This document shows positions 13,105 through 26,127 of a stretch of 64,000 bases of DNA, in pieces (positions within the stretch are counted from its first letter, which is position 1; each line of letters begins with the position of its first letter). Below the pieces are notes generated by a model, which saw only the letters and a program-made list of their open reading frames with translations, was not told where the DNA came from and did no database searches. The translations under genes were made by a program, and so were the position numbers. Origin of the DNA: Vicugna vicugna (lineage: Eukaryota); the NCBI GenBank assembly GCA_013265495.1, contig MU058418.1:1326917-1390916 (forward strand). Reading direction: 5' to 3'.

Positions 13105-15359
13105 GTGAAATAGGGTGTACAGATATTTTAGATCTTACTGTTTTTAAATAGATGAGCTCAGAAGAGTGAGAAAAGGTTGTGTCAGGTTAACTGTGCCAAA
13201 GGAAAGCTAAATAATTGGGGTGGGGGAGGGGAAAGTAAATGTTTTTTTCCTTTGCTGTGTATTTCTCTTGGACATCTTTTGGTTTTGTGCTTGTGTTTTT
13301 GTTAACTGACTTTCCTGAGGTCTGAAGTAGAGGGGCAAGGTGGCGCAGAGTTATATGCTGGCGTTCTCCCCTCTTCCTGGTTTTTCCCTCCCCAAATGTT
13401 GTTGGCGAATTAACTTCAGGTGGTTGGGGGGCACAGGCCACCTGAGGGTTTTAGACTGAAGCTGTGTTTGTCTACCAAATGAAAACAGGTGAAGTTTGTG
13501 AAACTTAAGAGAAGAAAGGAGGGCCCCTTTTCTCCTCCTTCCCCTTCTCAGGAGAATTGTAGAAAATCCGAAGCTTATTTTATGCTCCTATGTTTGGAAG
13601 CCAAATAAAGAAGACAAACTGAAGAAAACCCCAGTCAGGTTACTGGAGTGCTGGCTTCTTATTAATAGAATAAAGGTGTGAGTGGCCTCCTGGCTCCATG
13701 CCCCCACTGCCCGCTCCCTCGTGCCCCCTCCCTCGTGGGCCCTTCTTCCCTGTGCCAGGGGGCCATGCTGCTTTCTTATTCCTGCTTTCCAAACTCCAAG
13801 AATACAGATGGCAGACCCGGGCTGTACCTCCCTGGCGGTGGCCTTGGTCATCTGTGCCCCTCGGGCCCCAGGGGCCTCTGGGCCTGCCCGTCCTGTCGCT
13901 GTGACCGGGTCAGTGTAGTCAAGATGGCTGGGCCTTGTCCCCAGGTCTGGCCGTATTGACTCTGGCGGAGACCCAGCTCTTTCCAGATGCACTCCTGCCT
14001 CCCCTGTGCTGCGAGATAAGAACGGGCTTCACCTGAGCCATTTTGTGGGCCAGCTCTCCCTTCCTTTATGTGCTTGTAGAAGCCGTTTCAGAACATGTGT
14101 GTTAGTGGTCCGTGCATGTCAGGGGACACATGTGACTCCGGCGGAGAGGTTTGTGATCCAAAGTGTTTTCGCAGTGGTTCCCCAAACCACGCCAGCCAGA
14201 ACCAAGAGTTCGGTTTGTCCTCCTGGCATTTTAATGTCGTGCTCAAGGAAAGAGGTTTTTTAGAGGTGTGACTCCCCTCCTTCCCACTCCCCTCTGCCCT
14301 AAGCAGCTGGGTTTTGCAAACCCTTGTCAAGCCACAAGTCCAGTTGTTGAGGCCAGAAGCCTCCTGCTTATTTTTGTTGAGTTTGTGAGAGGTGTGAGCA
14401 TACAGTGTTTTAAGGTAGTGCTGTGGAATGCAAACTGAGTTTTCAGGAATACTGGAAGTATTTCTTAAGTAGGAGATGGAGTGAAAATACTTTTCATTCT
14501 GTCGCCTCTCTAGCTCTTCAACTTGAGCTGAATTTAACAAATGATACAGAAAGACTTTGGTGCTTATCATATTGAATTCATTTCCCAAGCATTGTCATTG
14601 GTTTGTATGAAATACAACATAAGTTTCTGTTATTAAAAAACAACAAAAGCTACTGGGTCCAGGGGATACGTTTGCCCTTTCCTTATTTGATGTTTTCCGT
14701 GTCCTAGAAACATGTCTTCTATAGAGGAGGGCAAGTTTGTTAACACAGTTCCCGAAGATTGCGTATTTACTAGGGGACAGAAGGGCATAATAAGAACAGA
14801 AACTTTATAGAATCTGCCTTCTTACATCTCCCATTCCTAAGACTTTAGGATAAAACCCACTTTTTTTGTTAATAGTAATTGCTGTCTAAGGGAGCTTTTT
14901 TGCGCACACATGAAATCATAGTGACCCTTGTAAGGTCACGTGTTATGAGTGGACTGCTGGTGTTAATCATGCCAAGCTGCCATTTCATCTTGTCAGTGAT
15001 AAGCTTCGTAGTTCTGCTGGAAATTGATTTTGCCTCAGTGTAAAATATACAGCCAAGTATAGGATATTTCAAGATTCTGGTAAAATAAATATTTGAATGG
15101 TGGCAACCCTGTTCCCTGTCATTCTGTTAAGACTCTGCCTGGACTCTGCTCCCTTCCTCTTGTCTTCTTTGTATAAGTTTACCATCCTTGTTTTCCCTTC
15201 CTAAAATGTTCTCATACTTTGGAGAATGCTCCCCAAACTTCTGACAGTATGTATTGTTTTACTGTAAAGGTCAAGTGCTTTATTTTCTACATGTCTCCTC
15301 TCCATTCTGTTATCTTTTAGCATTGAAAACATTTTTATAATACCATATTTGCTATGATT

Positions 15360-15490
15360 TGCAATTTTGAGGCATAGTAGACCCCTTTGAGAAAGTTGTG
15401 CTGCTTAGCTTCAGAAAAATTTGGTTACATAAGATGTTTTGCATATGATTTGCACATGATTTCAGGGGCTTATGGATGCTCTAAATCCCA
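15360..15490. mobile_element. Probable hAT-Charlie DNA transposon fragment
   Basis: gacccctttgagaa...cagaaaaa...ttttgcatatgatttgcacatgatttcaggggcttatggat resembles Charlie-derived MER elements. Subfamily not assigned. Confidence 0.4.
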
Positions 15491-17229
15491 TCCTAATTTT
15501 TTAAAAAAAAATTGCTCAAAGTAAAAGTAGGAATGTGGCCTTGGAGACATAGGAAAAAAGCCATGTTCAGATTACTTGAAGAGTTAGGGGTTGATGAATG
15601 ATGAGGTTTTTAGATTGAAGTATCTCAAGTATGTTTTTTAAGCAGGGAAGCAAAATGTTTGTTGTAAAGGGTTGGGAGAATTTAAGCAGGAAGTGGTAAT
15701 CCGAGATAGGAGCCCTGAGAAGGGCCATTTAGGGGAAAGAGAGGGTCACTGTGCACCGATCCAGAGGCAAAGTTATAGGGTGCTTGGGGGGAATCTAGAA
15801 CCCTAGCCTAATCACATATTTTATTTTTAAAAAGATTTGTGATTAGACGAGCTTGGAAAATACTTAATGACTGTCACCCCATAAGATGCATATCGGCAGA
15901 TTGAAGTCCTTGAGAAGTCCTGCAGTAAAGAAACCTGTTTTACGTGGTTTAACCTAGCGTATCTCAGTTTTAGGTCCAAGAGATGCTTTCTGCAGTGAAC
16001 AATATCAGCAGAACACACATTGGAAAATGAAATACTGGACTAGATAAACTCGTCCTTTCTGACCTTCTGGAGTCTGAGGTGTGGATGGTTTCCTGAACCA
16101 CAATAAGTAGAGAAAATCCCAAAGGACTGGAGAGAAAATTTTACTCTGGAGGTGGCAGCAGCTAAGTGAGAACATAACTAGGCCATGCTTTTGTGCCTTC
16201 ACGTGCCCCAAAGGGGACATGCTAGAACTCAGGTGATGCCTTGCACTGTGTTGAGAGACACAGCCGAGAGGCCCGTGAGTTCTTACCACAGCTCAATGAG
16301 AAAGAGAACAGACCTGACAGTGTCCAGTTGAGCCATCAGAAATGATTTCACCTTGGAAATTTACTTTCAATTTCTCTGTCCCTATTAAATCCAGAAGCCC
16401 ACCAGGCTGAGAATAGGTAAGATGCATAGGCGCAAAATTTTTGCTTGTGATTCTGAATATAAAAGGCTCCCTCCACCCCAAACTGTGAGGATGCCCACAA
16501 AAGGGAAATTGCTTTCTTCTTAAGCAAAATGATTGTGCTGTCTTTAACAGAATCAGGACATCTCTGTGCTGCCTTGGGGTATTCATACCATTCTGGATAA
16601 TAATTACATTAAATTATGGATTCTGTGGGCTAAATTGAAGTCAGCAGTATAGGGTAAAAGGGTGCTTTGATTCCACTGTGCATTGTTATCAGTCTCCTGA
16701 GCACAGCATTCTCTTGGTTAGTACCCTGGCAATAATATGTTCCAAGGATTTTTAAACACAGGTATACTGCAGTCCTAATAGGCTTTGGTGGCTCATCTTG
16801 TAGGTAGATCTGAGTCCAGCCGCAGCACGTGCGGTAGCCAGAGAGCTATTTCAGGAACAAACCTCATGTTTCCTCTAATTTTTAATAAGCACTTAGGTCT
16901 GTCTGGCTCTTGAGATCACAAGAGTCCATCACATGCCACCTACTACAGTACTGAAGAGGTACTAAAAGCAAGAAAAAAAAAACATAATAAGAAAAATAGA
17001 AACATCATTCCTCTCACAGAGTTTTGAGGTCCCCACTTATTTGGTTGCGCTTGTGTTTTCTTTTAAGGATCCTGTTCCCATGTGGTTCTGTCTGCTGTAA
17101 TCCTTGCCTTCATCCTCTGGACCCTCCTTTCTTCTGTTCCCCCAGTTTAGGGAAGGATCCCTCCCCCGCCCATGCTTCTCTGTTTGAAGCCGTCTTTTTG
17201 CCCTAGAATTGTGTTCTTCAGTGGTTTCT

Positions 17230-17560
17230 TCATCTTCACTTGAGTCACCTCAGCCCCAGAGGAGGAACGGATTGGCTGAATTCTGCTGACTTGCTGCTGC
17301 CCAGCTCTGCTGATACGGACACTCGTAGGGTGGGGATGACAGGGGATTACCGAGCAGTTGCTGAGTGATAAACTGAACTGAGGCAACCGCAAGCAGAATG
17401 CACAAAAGAGAGCCGCTGAGACACACTGACCCATTGCTCTGAACCAGCTGTCTGTGCTGAGGCCCGCTGGGAAACAGGAGGAAAATCTAGAGCTTTCTCT
17501 TGAAGTTGTTAAGTACCGCATGAGTCAGAAGCGTAATTCCAAAAGGTTTGGGGCGATCCA
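17230..17560. promoter_or_regulatory. Candidate enhancer / alternative promoter
   Basis: Two exact AP-1 sites TGAGTCA (17241-47, 17521-27), inverted CCAAT (17271-75) and about 10 CpGs in ~300 bp of sequence with no recognisable repeat. Motif-level evidence only. Confidence 0.3.
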
Positions 17561-19090
17561 GATTTGGGGGTGGGGCAGGGGAGAAGTGTTACACATTTTA
17601 TGGCAATTGACTTACTGGAAATTCACCATCATGGAAACAGAAATTTAGGGGAAGAATTCTAGCTATGTTCCGGGAAGGCTCCCATTCATGGAATTGGTTT
17701 GGCAGACAGATGACTTCCAGGAATGCCAACCAGATTTTATAGCGAGATGAAGACGGCTGATAGTCTCTTTTCCTTTTACTGCAGCCTGGTGGTGGTTGAA
17801 GACCTCTCTCCACACATGATCCTCTACTTCTTTCTCTCTTGGCTTCTCATGATGGTCAGGAAGCGATTTCTCTAAGTCTCATATGTGCATGTTCTTTTTC
17901 TCTTCCTTTTTAGATGTAGCTAATACAAAGATTATTGACAGTTACTTGAAACCTGAGATGTAAACTGATTTTATTAGAAAATCGAATGAGATCTGTTTGT
18001 GCATTCTTAGATTAGAATGACTTTGCGAGAGCAGGTTTTTTTATTCCCTGTTCCTTTCCCCTGTTATTATTCCAGTTAATAAGTAAATGACTCTTCTGAA
18101 TTGAAACAGGTTCGGGAATGTTCTTTTGAAAACATAGCCTTTTTAAATGGGGATTTTCTTTTAAAACCAGGCAATTTTATTTAAAAGAGGAAAATATCTA
18201 TAATCCTGCCAGGTAGTAACTTTGTTGCTTATTTTAGGACCAAAAAGTATTTAATTTCTATATATCTATATGCTCTCAACTATGCCTAAAATTGTGTCTG
18301 TGTGTGAACATATTACAACTATAGTTTGTGGATTTGTGTTTTGAATACAGTTGTTTTCCCTTATTTGAATGGTATTAGTATTTGATTTAACATTGAATAT
18401 TTAATTTAAATATTTTTATTTTTAAATATGTAAATTTAATTTAAATAGTTTAACATTATAGGCTTTTCATAATACTTCTCATAATGATCTCTCACACAAT
18501 ATGTGCCTTGCCCTGAAACTCAATGGGAATTTTGTGTTTCTACAAAGATGCTTCTTCTTCCCTTGGTAATCTGTCACAGAAGGTTTTTCCGAGTTTAATG
18601 TATTTTTGACTGTATTTCAGTGGATTTAGTTTTATAAAACCTTTCTTCCACCCTCCCTTAAAAAAAAAAAAAACAGCACCAACCACAAACCTTAGCCCAT
18701 TAAAATCAGATTTACAAACTTAGAAATCCTTTGGAGTAAGTATCTGAGAAGCAAGCCCACTCCACATCCACCATATTGTTGTTTCTGTTAAGGGCCATCC
18801 CATTTCTTGAGACAAATCCTGGCCTCTTCTTTCCATCCCATTTATTCTTGACTGTGGATGTGGATTGTCCCATTTCAAGTTTCCTTCCAAAATGTAGCCA
18901 CGTTCCGGCGGGAAAATGCACGTTAGCTGGTTCTTCCCTAAAAGACCCCCTGGCCCCCGTGGCCCTCTGACAGAAGATTGAGTCGCCGCCCAGCACCACT
19001 TGCCTCTAGATACTCTTGACTTTCAAAATTTCCAAGGGGGAAGCTATTTACTTATTTACTTTTCTCCCTCCCCTTCCCTTCCCTTCCCTC

Positions 19091-19270
19091 TTTTTGAGAT
19101 ATAATGGACATAGAACATTGCATTTGTTTTAGGTATAATGATATGATATATGTATATATTGCAAAATGATTGTTACCACAGTAAGTTTGATTAACATCCA
19201 TGGCCATGCATAGTTGCAGTTTTTGTAAGCCATTCACTTTAACAGAATACTGACAAAACCTAGTTGTGTT
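19091..19270 (-). mobile_element. L1 (L1MA-like) 3' end, 5'-truncated
   Basis: tttttgagatataatggacatagaacatt...tatattgcaaaatgatt...taagtttgattaacatccat...catagttgcag is an antisense L1 3' terminus. It is preceded by a (cccttc)n pyrimidine tract. Confidence 0.7.
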
Positions 19271-19647
19271 ACCTGGGAGGATTAGCTTAACACATATTGA
19301 TGCTTCAAAGATATAAGCCTTTAAAAGCCCATTTCCTTTCCTTATTAAAATATATGAGTTTGTTAAAGAAAATGTGAAAGCTACAGATTGCAAAAATGAA
19401 GGAAATAAAAATCACCTGTAATTCTGCTGTTTATAGTTAACACTTTATTGTGCTTATTTCCTGGTTGGTTAGTTCGCTAATATTATATATTATACCTATG
19501 GCCTTAAAACCTGGTTTTCCCCTTAAGTCTTAGGAACTTTGTGGGTCGAGGTCCTGGCTAATTTTCATACAGGAGGAGGGATTATGGATACTTTTCCATG
19601 TCATTCACAGTTGTTAATGACTTCATTAAAAAAAAAAAAAGAAACAT

Positions 19648-20097
19648 CTTATCTTGAGATAATTGTAGATTCACATGCAGTTGTAAGAAATAATACAAAG
19701 AGATCCCATGTTCCATCCCTAGTTTCCCCAAATTGTAGTATCTTCCCGAGCTATAGTACACACAACCAAGTTGCTGACATTGATATAGTCAAGATACAGA
19801 CACTTCAATCGCAGGGATTCCTCCTGTTGTCCTTTTATAGCCATACCCACCTGCTTTCCCCACCTCCACCCTGACCCCTGGCAACCACTAATCTGTTGTC
19901 CCATTTTATGATTTAGTCATTTCAGGAATGCTGTATACGTGTACATACGAATCATATATCACATGTGACCTTTTGGGATTGGCTTTTTCTAGTCTAATTC
20001 CCTGGAGATTTATTTGAGTTACACATGTCAATGGTTTGTTGCTCTTTACTTGCTTAATAGTATTCCATTGTATGGATCTGTCACATTGTATTTAAAC
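19648..20097 (-). mobile_element. L1MC-type 3' end
   Basis: ttgagataattgtagattcacatgcagttgtaagaaataatacaaagagatcccatg...ttgctgacattgatatagtcaagatacaga...ccctggcaaccactaatctgtt...tattccattgtatggat. Runs into an N gap. Confidence 0.88.
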
Positions 20098-20256
20098 NNN
20101 NNNNNNNNNNNNNNNNNNNNNNNNNNNNNNNNNNNNNNNNNNNNNNNNNNNNNNNNNNNNNNNNNNNNNNNNNNNNNNNNNNNNNNNNNNNNNNNNNNNN
20201 NNNNNNNNNNNNNNNNNNNNNNNNNNNNNNNNNNNNNNNNNNNNNNNNNNNNNNNN
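20098..20256. other. Assembly gap / masked block (159 N)
   Basis: Run of N that interrupts the L1MC fragment. Confidence 0.98.
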
Positions 20257-20938
20257 CATTGTATGACATTGTTTTTCATTGTATGAAATAAATATGTCAT
20301 TTACTTAGCTGGCTATGCCAGATGGATTGTTGAGTCAGTACCTCCCCCAAACCCCCCACCTCATTTTTCTGCTGTTGTATCACAGATAAGAGTCTTATAG
20401 GTAAGTCTTAAGGTACATCCATCTGTTTCTAGAAGTAGGATTGATGCCTCAGAATATGCATAATTTAAAGCTTTGCTTTTTCCCTGGCATCTCTCTTTTT
20501 TCTTTCATAAAAACTTACTAGACTCCTACCAGCCGTGCCCACCTCTCATGCCCTTACCAATGCAGAGCATTATTGACTTTTTAAAAAATCTTTGAATTTC
20601 TTCCTTACCCATGGTAGCAGTGTACACTTACAGCTCAATTGTTGGTTTTCCAGTCCCACTTGCCTAAGAAGAAATCTTTCAGAGTAACAGATTATATAGC
20701 AAGATCTTGTTTTGCATGAGGTTTGTGACTGCTCTAGTGGTTTTGTAAGGCTTCAAAGGATTTGGTATGAGAAGGGAACAGAGAATTACATGAAATCGCT
20801 CTGAGTCCGGCTTTTCATATGTGTTGTCTCCTATTTGTACCTCATATTCATCCAGAAGAACTAGACAAGGCCGTAAAAAAAGAAAAACCTTTGAGATGTG
20901 AATCACTTTTTATAAAAGCTGATTAATATAAACAATAT

Positions 20939-20964
20939 GGGTGTGTGTGTGTGTGTGTCTGTGT
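20939..20964 (+). repeat. (GT)n microsatellite, short, imperfect at the 3' end
   Basis: gtgtgtgtgtgtgtgtgtctgtgtg seen directly. Confidence 0.9.
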
Positions 20965-21923
20965 GTTCTCTGCCCATTTGAAGCTCTTAGAAATGAGATT
21001 TAAGTATAGTCTTTTAATGGAACTGTTAAATATAAAGGGTGGTAAGATGCTTTTCTTCCTCTTTCTTACATTGAAGTGTTTTAGTATTTCTTTCTGTTTG
21101 ATTAGGCAGTGATTTTCAAGGAATAAGATAGCTACTAAAACCCAGGAAATCTATTTGTGTCTTTCTGAGATAAATGAAATCTTTGGTTTGAAAATTGGTT
21201 GGAATGTGGCAAACTGACATTCCTTCCAAGGTAAGACTTTTTTTTCTTTTTGTGTTTCAAGATCTATAATTATTTGTTTTTCTTCTTTACCTGTGGTACT
21301 ATATTTAAGATGAATCAGGCTGATTTCAGTAAAAAAAATTGTTTTACTGTTAGAATGGCAAATCACTCTTACAAAAGGTTGGACAATTTCAGAAGAGATT
21401 GTGCTCACTAACTTGTTTGGTGCTAAATTTTGATGTCCCATGGCAAAGAAAGACCTCCTTCTTACAAATAAATGGATAAAGGAGGCTGGCAGAATCTGGC
21501 ATTTCTCTCTTTAAAGTTACAAGAAATCCTTATTCAGCCATTTTAGATACCTTCTGTAAGTTCATAGCTGAAGGCTAATAATGAGCATGACAAAATGAGT
21601 AGATCAAGTAAAGCATCATTCATGAAAACTATTCAGTTTTTCAGGGATGACAAAAGCATCTCTTTTCTTGTCCTTTTTTCTAATTATCCTGATTCCTACA
21701 GGATTGATGATGTTAACATTAAGTATCTAGACCTAGTAAGTTTACATGCATTTTGGCCTAGGAAAGAAAGTGTCGTATTGAACATCAAGTTGGTCTTTCT
21801 TTTTTTTAATCTGTAAAATGGGTTTATTATGAAATTTCCCTGAAATCAGTGTCTTAACCTAGTATTTGGCTTACAAGTAAGTACCCAGTAAATGTTATAT
21901 GATTGACTCTCATTATTTGTAGA

Positions 21924-22290
21924 TTTTAAAACTGAAGTATAGTTAATTTACAATATTTCAGGTATACAGTTAAGTGATTTTGTTATATATATATTCTTTT
22001 TCAGATTCTTTTCCATTGTAGGTTATTACAAGATATTGAATATAGTTCCCTGTACTATACAGTAGGCCCATCTTATCTGTTTTATATATTATAGTATGTA
22101 TCTGTTAATTCTAAATTTCTATTTTATCCTCCCATCTTTCCCCTTTAGTAACCATGAGTTTGTTTTCCATGTCTGAGTCTGTTTTGTAAATAAGTTCATT
22201 TTGTATCATTGTTTTAGATTCACCATGTAAGTGATATTATATGATATTTGCCTTTCTCTGACTTTTTATGATAACCTCTAAGTCCATCCA
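21924..22290 (-). mobile_element. Cetartiodactyl-type L1 3' end
   Basis: ttttaaaactgaagtatagttaatttacaat...tcagattcttttccattgtaggttattacaagatattgaatatagttccctgtactatacagtagg...agattccaccatgtaagtgatattatatgatatttg...tctaagtccatcca. Same family as 51321-51534. Runs into an N gap. Confidence 0.85.
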
Positions 22291-22476
22291 NNNNNNNNNN
22301 NNNNNNNNNNNNNNNNNNNNNNNNNNNNNNNNNNNNNNNNNNNNNNNNNNNNNNNNNNNNNNNNNNNNNNNNNNNNNNNNNNNNNNNNNNNNNNNNNNNN
22401 NNNNNNNNNNNNNNNNNNNNNNNNNNNNNNNNNNNNNNNNNNNNNNNNNNNNNNNNNNNNNNNNNNNNNNNNNNNN
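22291..22476. other. Assembly gap / masked block (186 N)
   Basis: Run of N directly continuing the L1 fragment. Confidence 0.98.
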
Positions 22477-23643
22477 CATTGGGGTTGGTCATTCTTATCT
22501 CCAGGTGTTATATATAACCTGAGAATGCAGGAAGGGAGCTCTGCTTAACAGGGGAGAGAGGAGTGATCCCTGGGGGAGTTTTGGGTAGAGCATTTTCTTT
22601 GAACTCAGCCAGTCCAGCTTTTGCCAGATGTAGTGTGTATTGTCATTTTCCTTCAGGACATTAGAAGCGCCCTGGAATGTATCAACTTTATTGAAGCTCA
22701 GAGTTTAGTTTTATTTTTGAAATAAAATTTTCTGTACATGGCACATTATAGGCAATATTCTAATTAAAAGAGAAGTATTTTTGTAATGATCATGGAAATA
22801 TCTACAGGCCTGAGAACTCCTAGAAGAATCTTTGACTGCAAAATTGACTAGGCATGGCGACTTAAGTAAGCTACCCTGAAAGAATATGGATAGCATTGGA
22901 TTAAATGCAAACAGTAGCATCACACATGTAGAACATTTTGACTAAAATGATGATACTTGATTCTAATCTGAGTGGTTCTTTGGAGGTGAGTCAGCATCAT
23001 GAAAATTAATTTATTGAGGAGATCAGAAGGTGCTTGAGGAGAGAAAAACTTACACTTTAAATAAACAAGATTTACTATATAGATATTTCAGGAAAGGTTT
23101 GATTATGAAAATCTAGAATTATGGTGGGTGTAATAAGTAATAAAGAGGAACTGAAAGACAACAATACATTTCTTGGTGCATAAATGAGGCGAAAATCATT
23201 GGGTTCCCTTGCCCACTTTAGTGACAGGTTAAATTTTTGTGGATTATTATACCTTTGGGTGACTATGTGGAAGAACTTCCTGGTATATTTTGTGTACTTT
23301 TTGGATTTGGATAACGTTTAACAGTGACCGTGCCTTTGCCTGAAGTGAGTAAATAGTTCTGCTCTTAAACTGTGTTGGAGTGTGGTGGTTTCACATGATT
23401 TATTAGTTCATAATGTCTGGCACTGACCTGTTTGTGAACATGGAATGGTCAGTTCCCATTCATTGTTCATTATTGTGTTTGAACAACAAATAAGTGTTAC
23501 AGTTTTAGAGTCTGTGTTAGAATTGAAGTTGGAACAACAGCCTGTGAATTCAGCCAAAGAAAACAGCCAGCCTGGATGTTTCAGGTTTCCTAAAGTTTTT
23601 GAAGGTTGATTTTTGGGGTTGCTGGTTTTTTTTCCCCCTGTTT

Positions 23644-23777
23644 NNNNNNNNNNNNNNNNNNNNNNNNNNNNNNNNNNNNNNNNNNNNNNNNNNNNNNNNN
23701 NNNNNNNNNNNNNNNNNNNNNNNNNNNNNNNNNNNNNNNNNNNNNNNNNNNNNNNNNNNNNNNNNNNNNNNNNNNNN
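23644..23777. other. Assembly gap / masked block (134 N)
   Basis: Run of N preceded by a T-rich tract. Confidence 0.98.
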
Positions 23778-24099
23778 CTTAGCTCTGGCTTATCCCCATG
23801 GAGAGGTTTTCATGTGCCACCTCTGAATGTCCAGAGCAGATGTTGATTTTGAGACTCCCATTTTCTCGTGATACAGCTCACCTGAGGACTGTAATGGCCC
23901 AGTGAGAAGACAGAAAGGGGTATTTAAAGCCAAGTGCTTCTGTTTTGCACATGTTCTTCACACTGTTTTCCAAGGGCATGGCCTTAGCTTTACTAAGTTT
24001 TATTTTTAAGCTTAAAATGTAGCTGAGGCCAAAATAAACTTTTTAATTGAGATAAATGAAGCTCACAGTCATACTCTTTATTATGCGGAGGCTTCTGTT

Positions 24100-24255
24100 T
24101 AACTACTGCTACTTTTTTTGAGCACACACAGTGTATCACACACCGCACTGGGTCCTTTACATATACCGTTTCTAACCCACACCTTGAAAATTACTCATTT
24201 CTCAGAGAAGGAAGCAGGCTTAGATCAATTAGAAACTTGTCTAGGATGCCATTTC
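24100..24255 (-). mobile_element. MIR fragment
   Basis: ttttttgagcacacacagtgtatcacacaccgcactgggtcctttacatat...catttctcagagaaggaagcaggcttaga...acttgtctagg matches antisense MIR. Confidence 0.6.
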
Positions 24256-25472
24256 CAGTAAATAAAGGGTGGATTTCAGAATGAATTATCTTAATTTCAC
24301 AGATGGTTTGGGGATGATTGGAATCACCCTAGAAAGAGAACATTCGTTTATTTTTCTTTTTAGTTTTAGCACAAGGAATATCGGGATGTTTCCTGTTTCA
24401 ATTACCTGCTTAGGTAAAGTGAGGGATCTGGCCAGGATGGCTGAGGAGGGGAGCGTAGAATTGGAGCCTGAGGTTGAAGGTAGGACAGGAAATTAGAAGA
24501 AAATTAGATTGAAGGGATAAGTCACAAGATGCAATTATTTTGTAAAATGTGGTACTTTCAGTTCACTCAAAAGACCAGAAAAACAACTGTTTTTAATCTT
24601 GTAATGTGAACATATGATACTTGATAATTAACTGCTTTGCAAATTGTCATTGATAAAAATGTCTTGATTTTTTCTAATATATGAATTAGAGGTAAATTAA
24701 AACAGTTTGTGCTTCAAAATAACTTCCGTCTGAAACAGAACAATATAAATTCAAGGGAGGTGTGCAGGATGGGAATACACCTGATTTGGTATCAAAGTTT
24801 GAGGATTGGCATTTCATGTAGTTTGATAGGAGGCTGATCAGGGCCTCTTCCTTGGTTGTCAGTAATGTTTCTCTCTGACTAATTGCTGCTCTTGCCTAGA
24901 AATCCAGAAACTGGTGATGAGGAGTTCTTTCTAAAACTAATTCCACAGTGCATCACCCTTTTTGTTCACCGCCATGGACTGTACCCTGGCTCCTCTTCCC
25001 AAGGGCGGTTCGTTGGCACGTCTGTGTGGTAGGGTAGTGTTTTCTGCATAGTAATCAGGCCTCTGCAATTGTGACATTCCTCCCCCTCACCCCACTGTTC
25101 TTGACGCACAGTGGCAGGGCCACTGGTAGAACAAAAATCAAAAGGAAAATGGGGGGAAAATGTTTTCTCGAATTTGATGTGTCTGCATAGTTCTGCTACG
25201 CCATAATTAAGGAAACTCCATTCCAAACATTCTCCTTCTTCTTCCCAGGAGGCAGTCTTGTGAACAGGCTGGTTCAGAAAGCTAGGGAGCGAGTGCTCTT
25301 ACCAGCCTGTCCTGCTTTTACCAGGGGCTTAGTGATCAGTCTGTATACATTTCAAGTTGTTAAAATGTGTATTTTGATTACCTTTAGCACCTTCTGATTT
25401 GCACAACTTTTAAAAGCTGGCTATTTGGCCACTGTTGTGTGTGATTTTCATTTTTGCTGCCTGCTGTGATAC

Positions 25473-25497
25473 CAGGGCTCAGGGCTCAGGGCTCAGG
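25473..25497 (+). repeat. (CAGGGCT)3 + CAGG short tandem repeat
   Basis: cagggctcagggctcagggctcagg seen directly. Confidence 0.9.
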
Positions 25498-26072
25498 TCC
25501 CATAAAGACAGCTCAATAGGAGTAGTTCAACGAGCAAGTGTCCATGTTGGTTTTTGTTGGTTTTTTTGTTTTGTTATGTTAGAAAACAAATGAACCCTTA
25601 GGATGGTAGGATATTGAAGGGCAAGTTGTCGTCGTTGGTTCTCAGACTCAATGGAATTTAGAACTGGACGTTTTAATTATTAACTTGTATGTTTGTCTTT
25701 TGTACCCCAAAGGGCATACTTAGGAGATGAAAGTTTTTCTTTTTTTAAATCACAGGTTGAAATACTGTAGAAGAATAACCTTCCCTACACTCCCTTCTCA
25801 GAAATTTGTTTCGCTAATACCGTGTTTTTTGACCCTGGTAAGGTTACATGTCTTGAAAATGGGATTGTTAGATGCATTTGTTCCTAGACCTGTTTGTCTT
25901 GCTCTATTCAGATGCCCAGATAGCTGGATAAATTGTGCTCAGTCTCCAAAGCCCAAGGGAAGCCCCATGTTCTTATTTTTCTGCCATCCTGACATGTAGT
26001 AGGATATAAGCATCCTTTCAGCGCTCACAGATTAGGTTCTTTGGATGCTTTATTTCAAATGTTAAGGAAGAA

Positions 26073-26127
26073 ATTTATTTATTCACTCAGTGAATGTTTA
26101 TTGATGCCTACTACGTGGCAGGCACTG
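26073..26127 (-). mobile_element. L2 3' terminus
   Basis: atttatttattcactcagtgaatgtttattgatgcctactacgtggcaggcactg is the antisense L2 tail. Confidence 0.7.

Noticed and set aside
18385-18460. Very AT-rich quasi-palindromic stretch (atttaatttaaata twice) as S/MAR or hairpin
   Set aside because: Low-complexity A/T sequence gives such symmetry by chance, and there is no independent support.
21106-21230. 125-nt exon candidate ending in CAAG|gtaaga
   Set aside because: Good donor but only a moderate acceptor, and no recognisable coding frame. A non-coding exon cannot be excluded but is unsupported.
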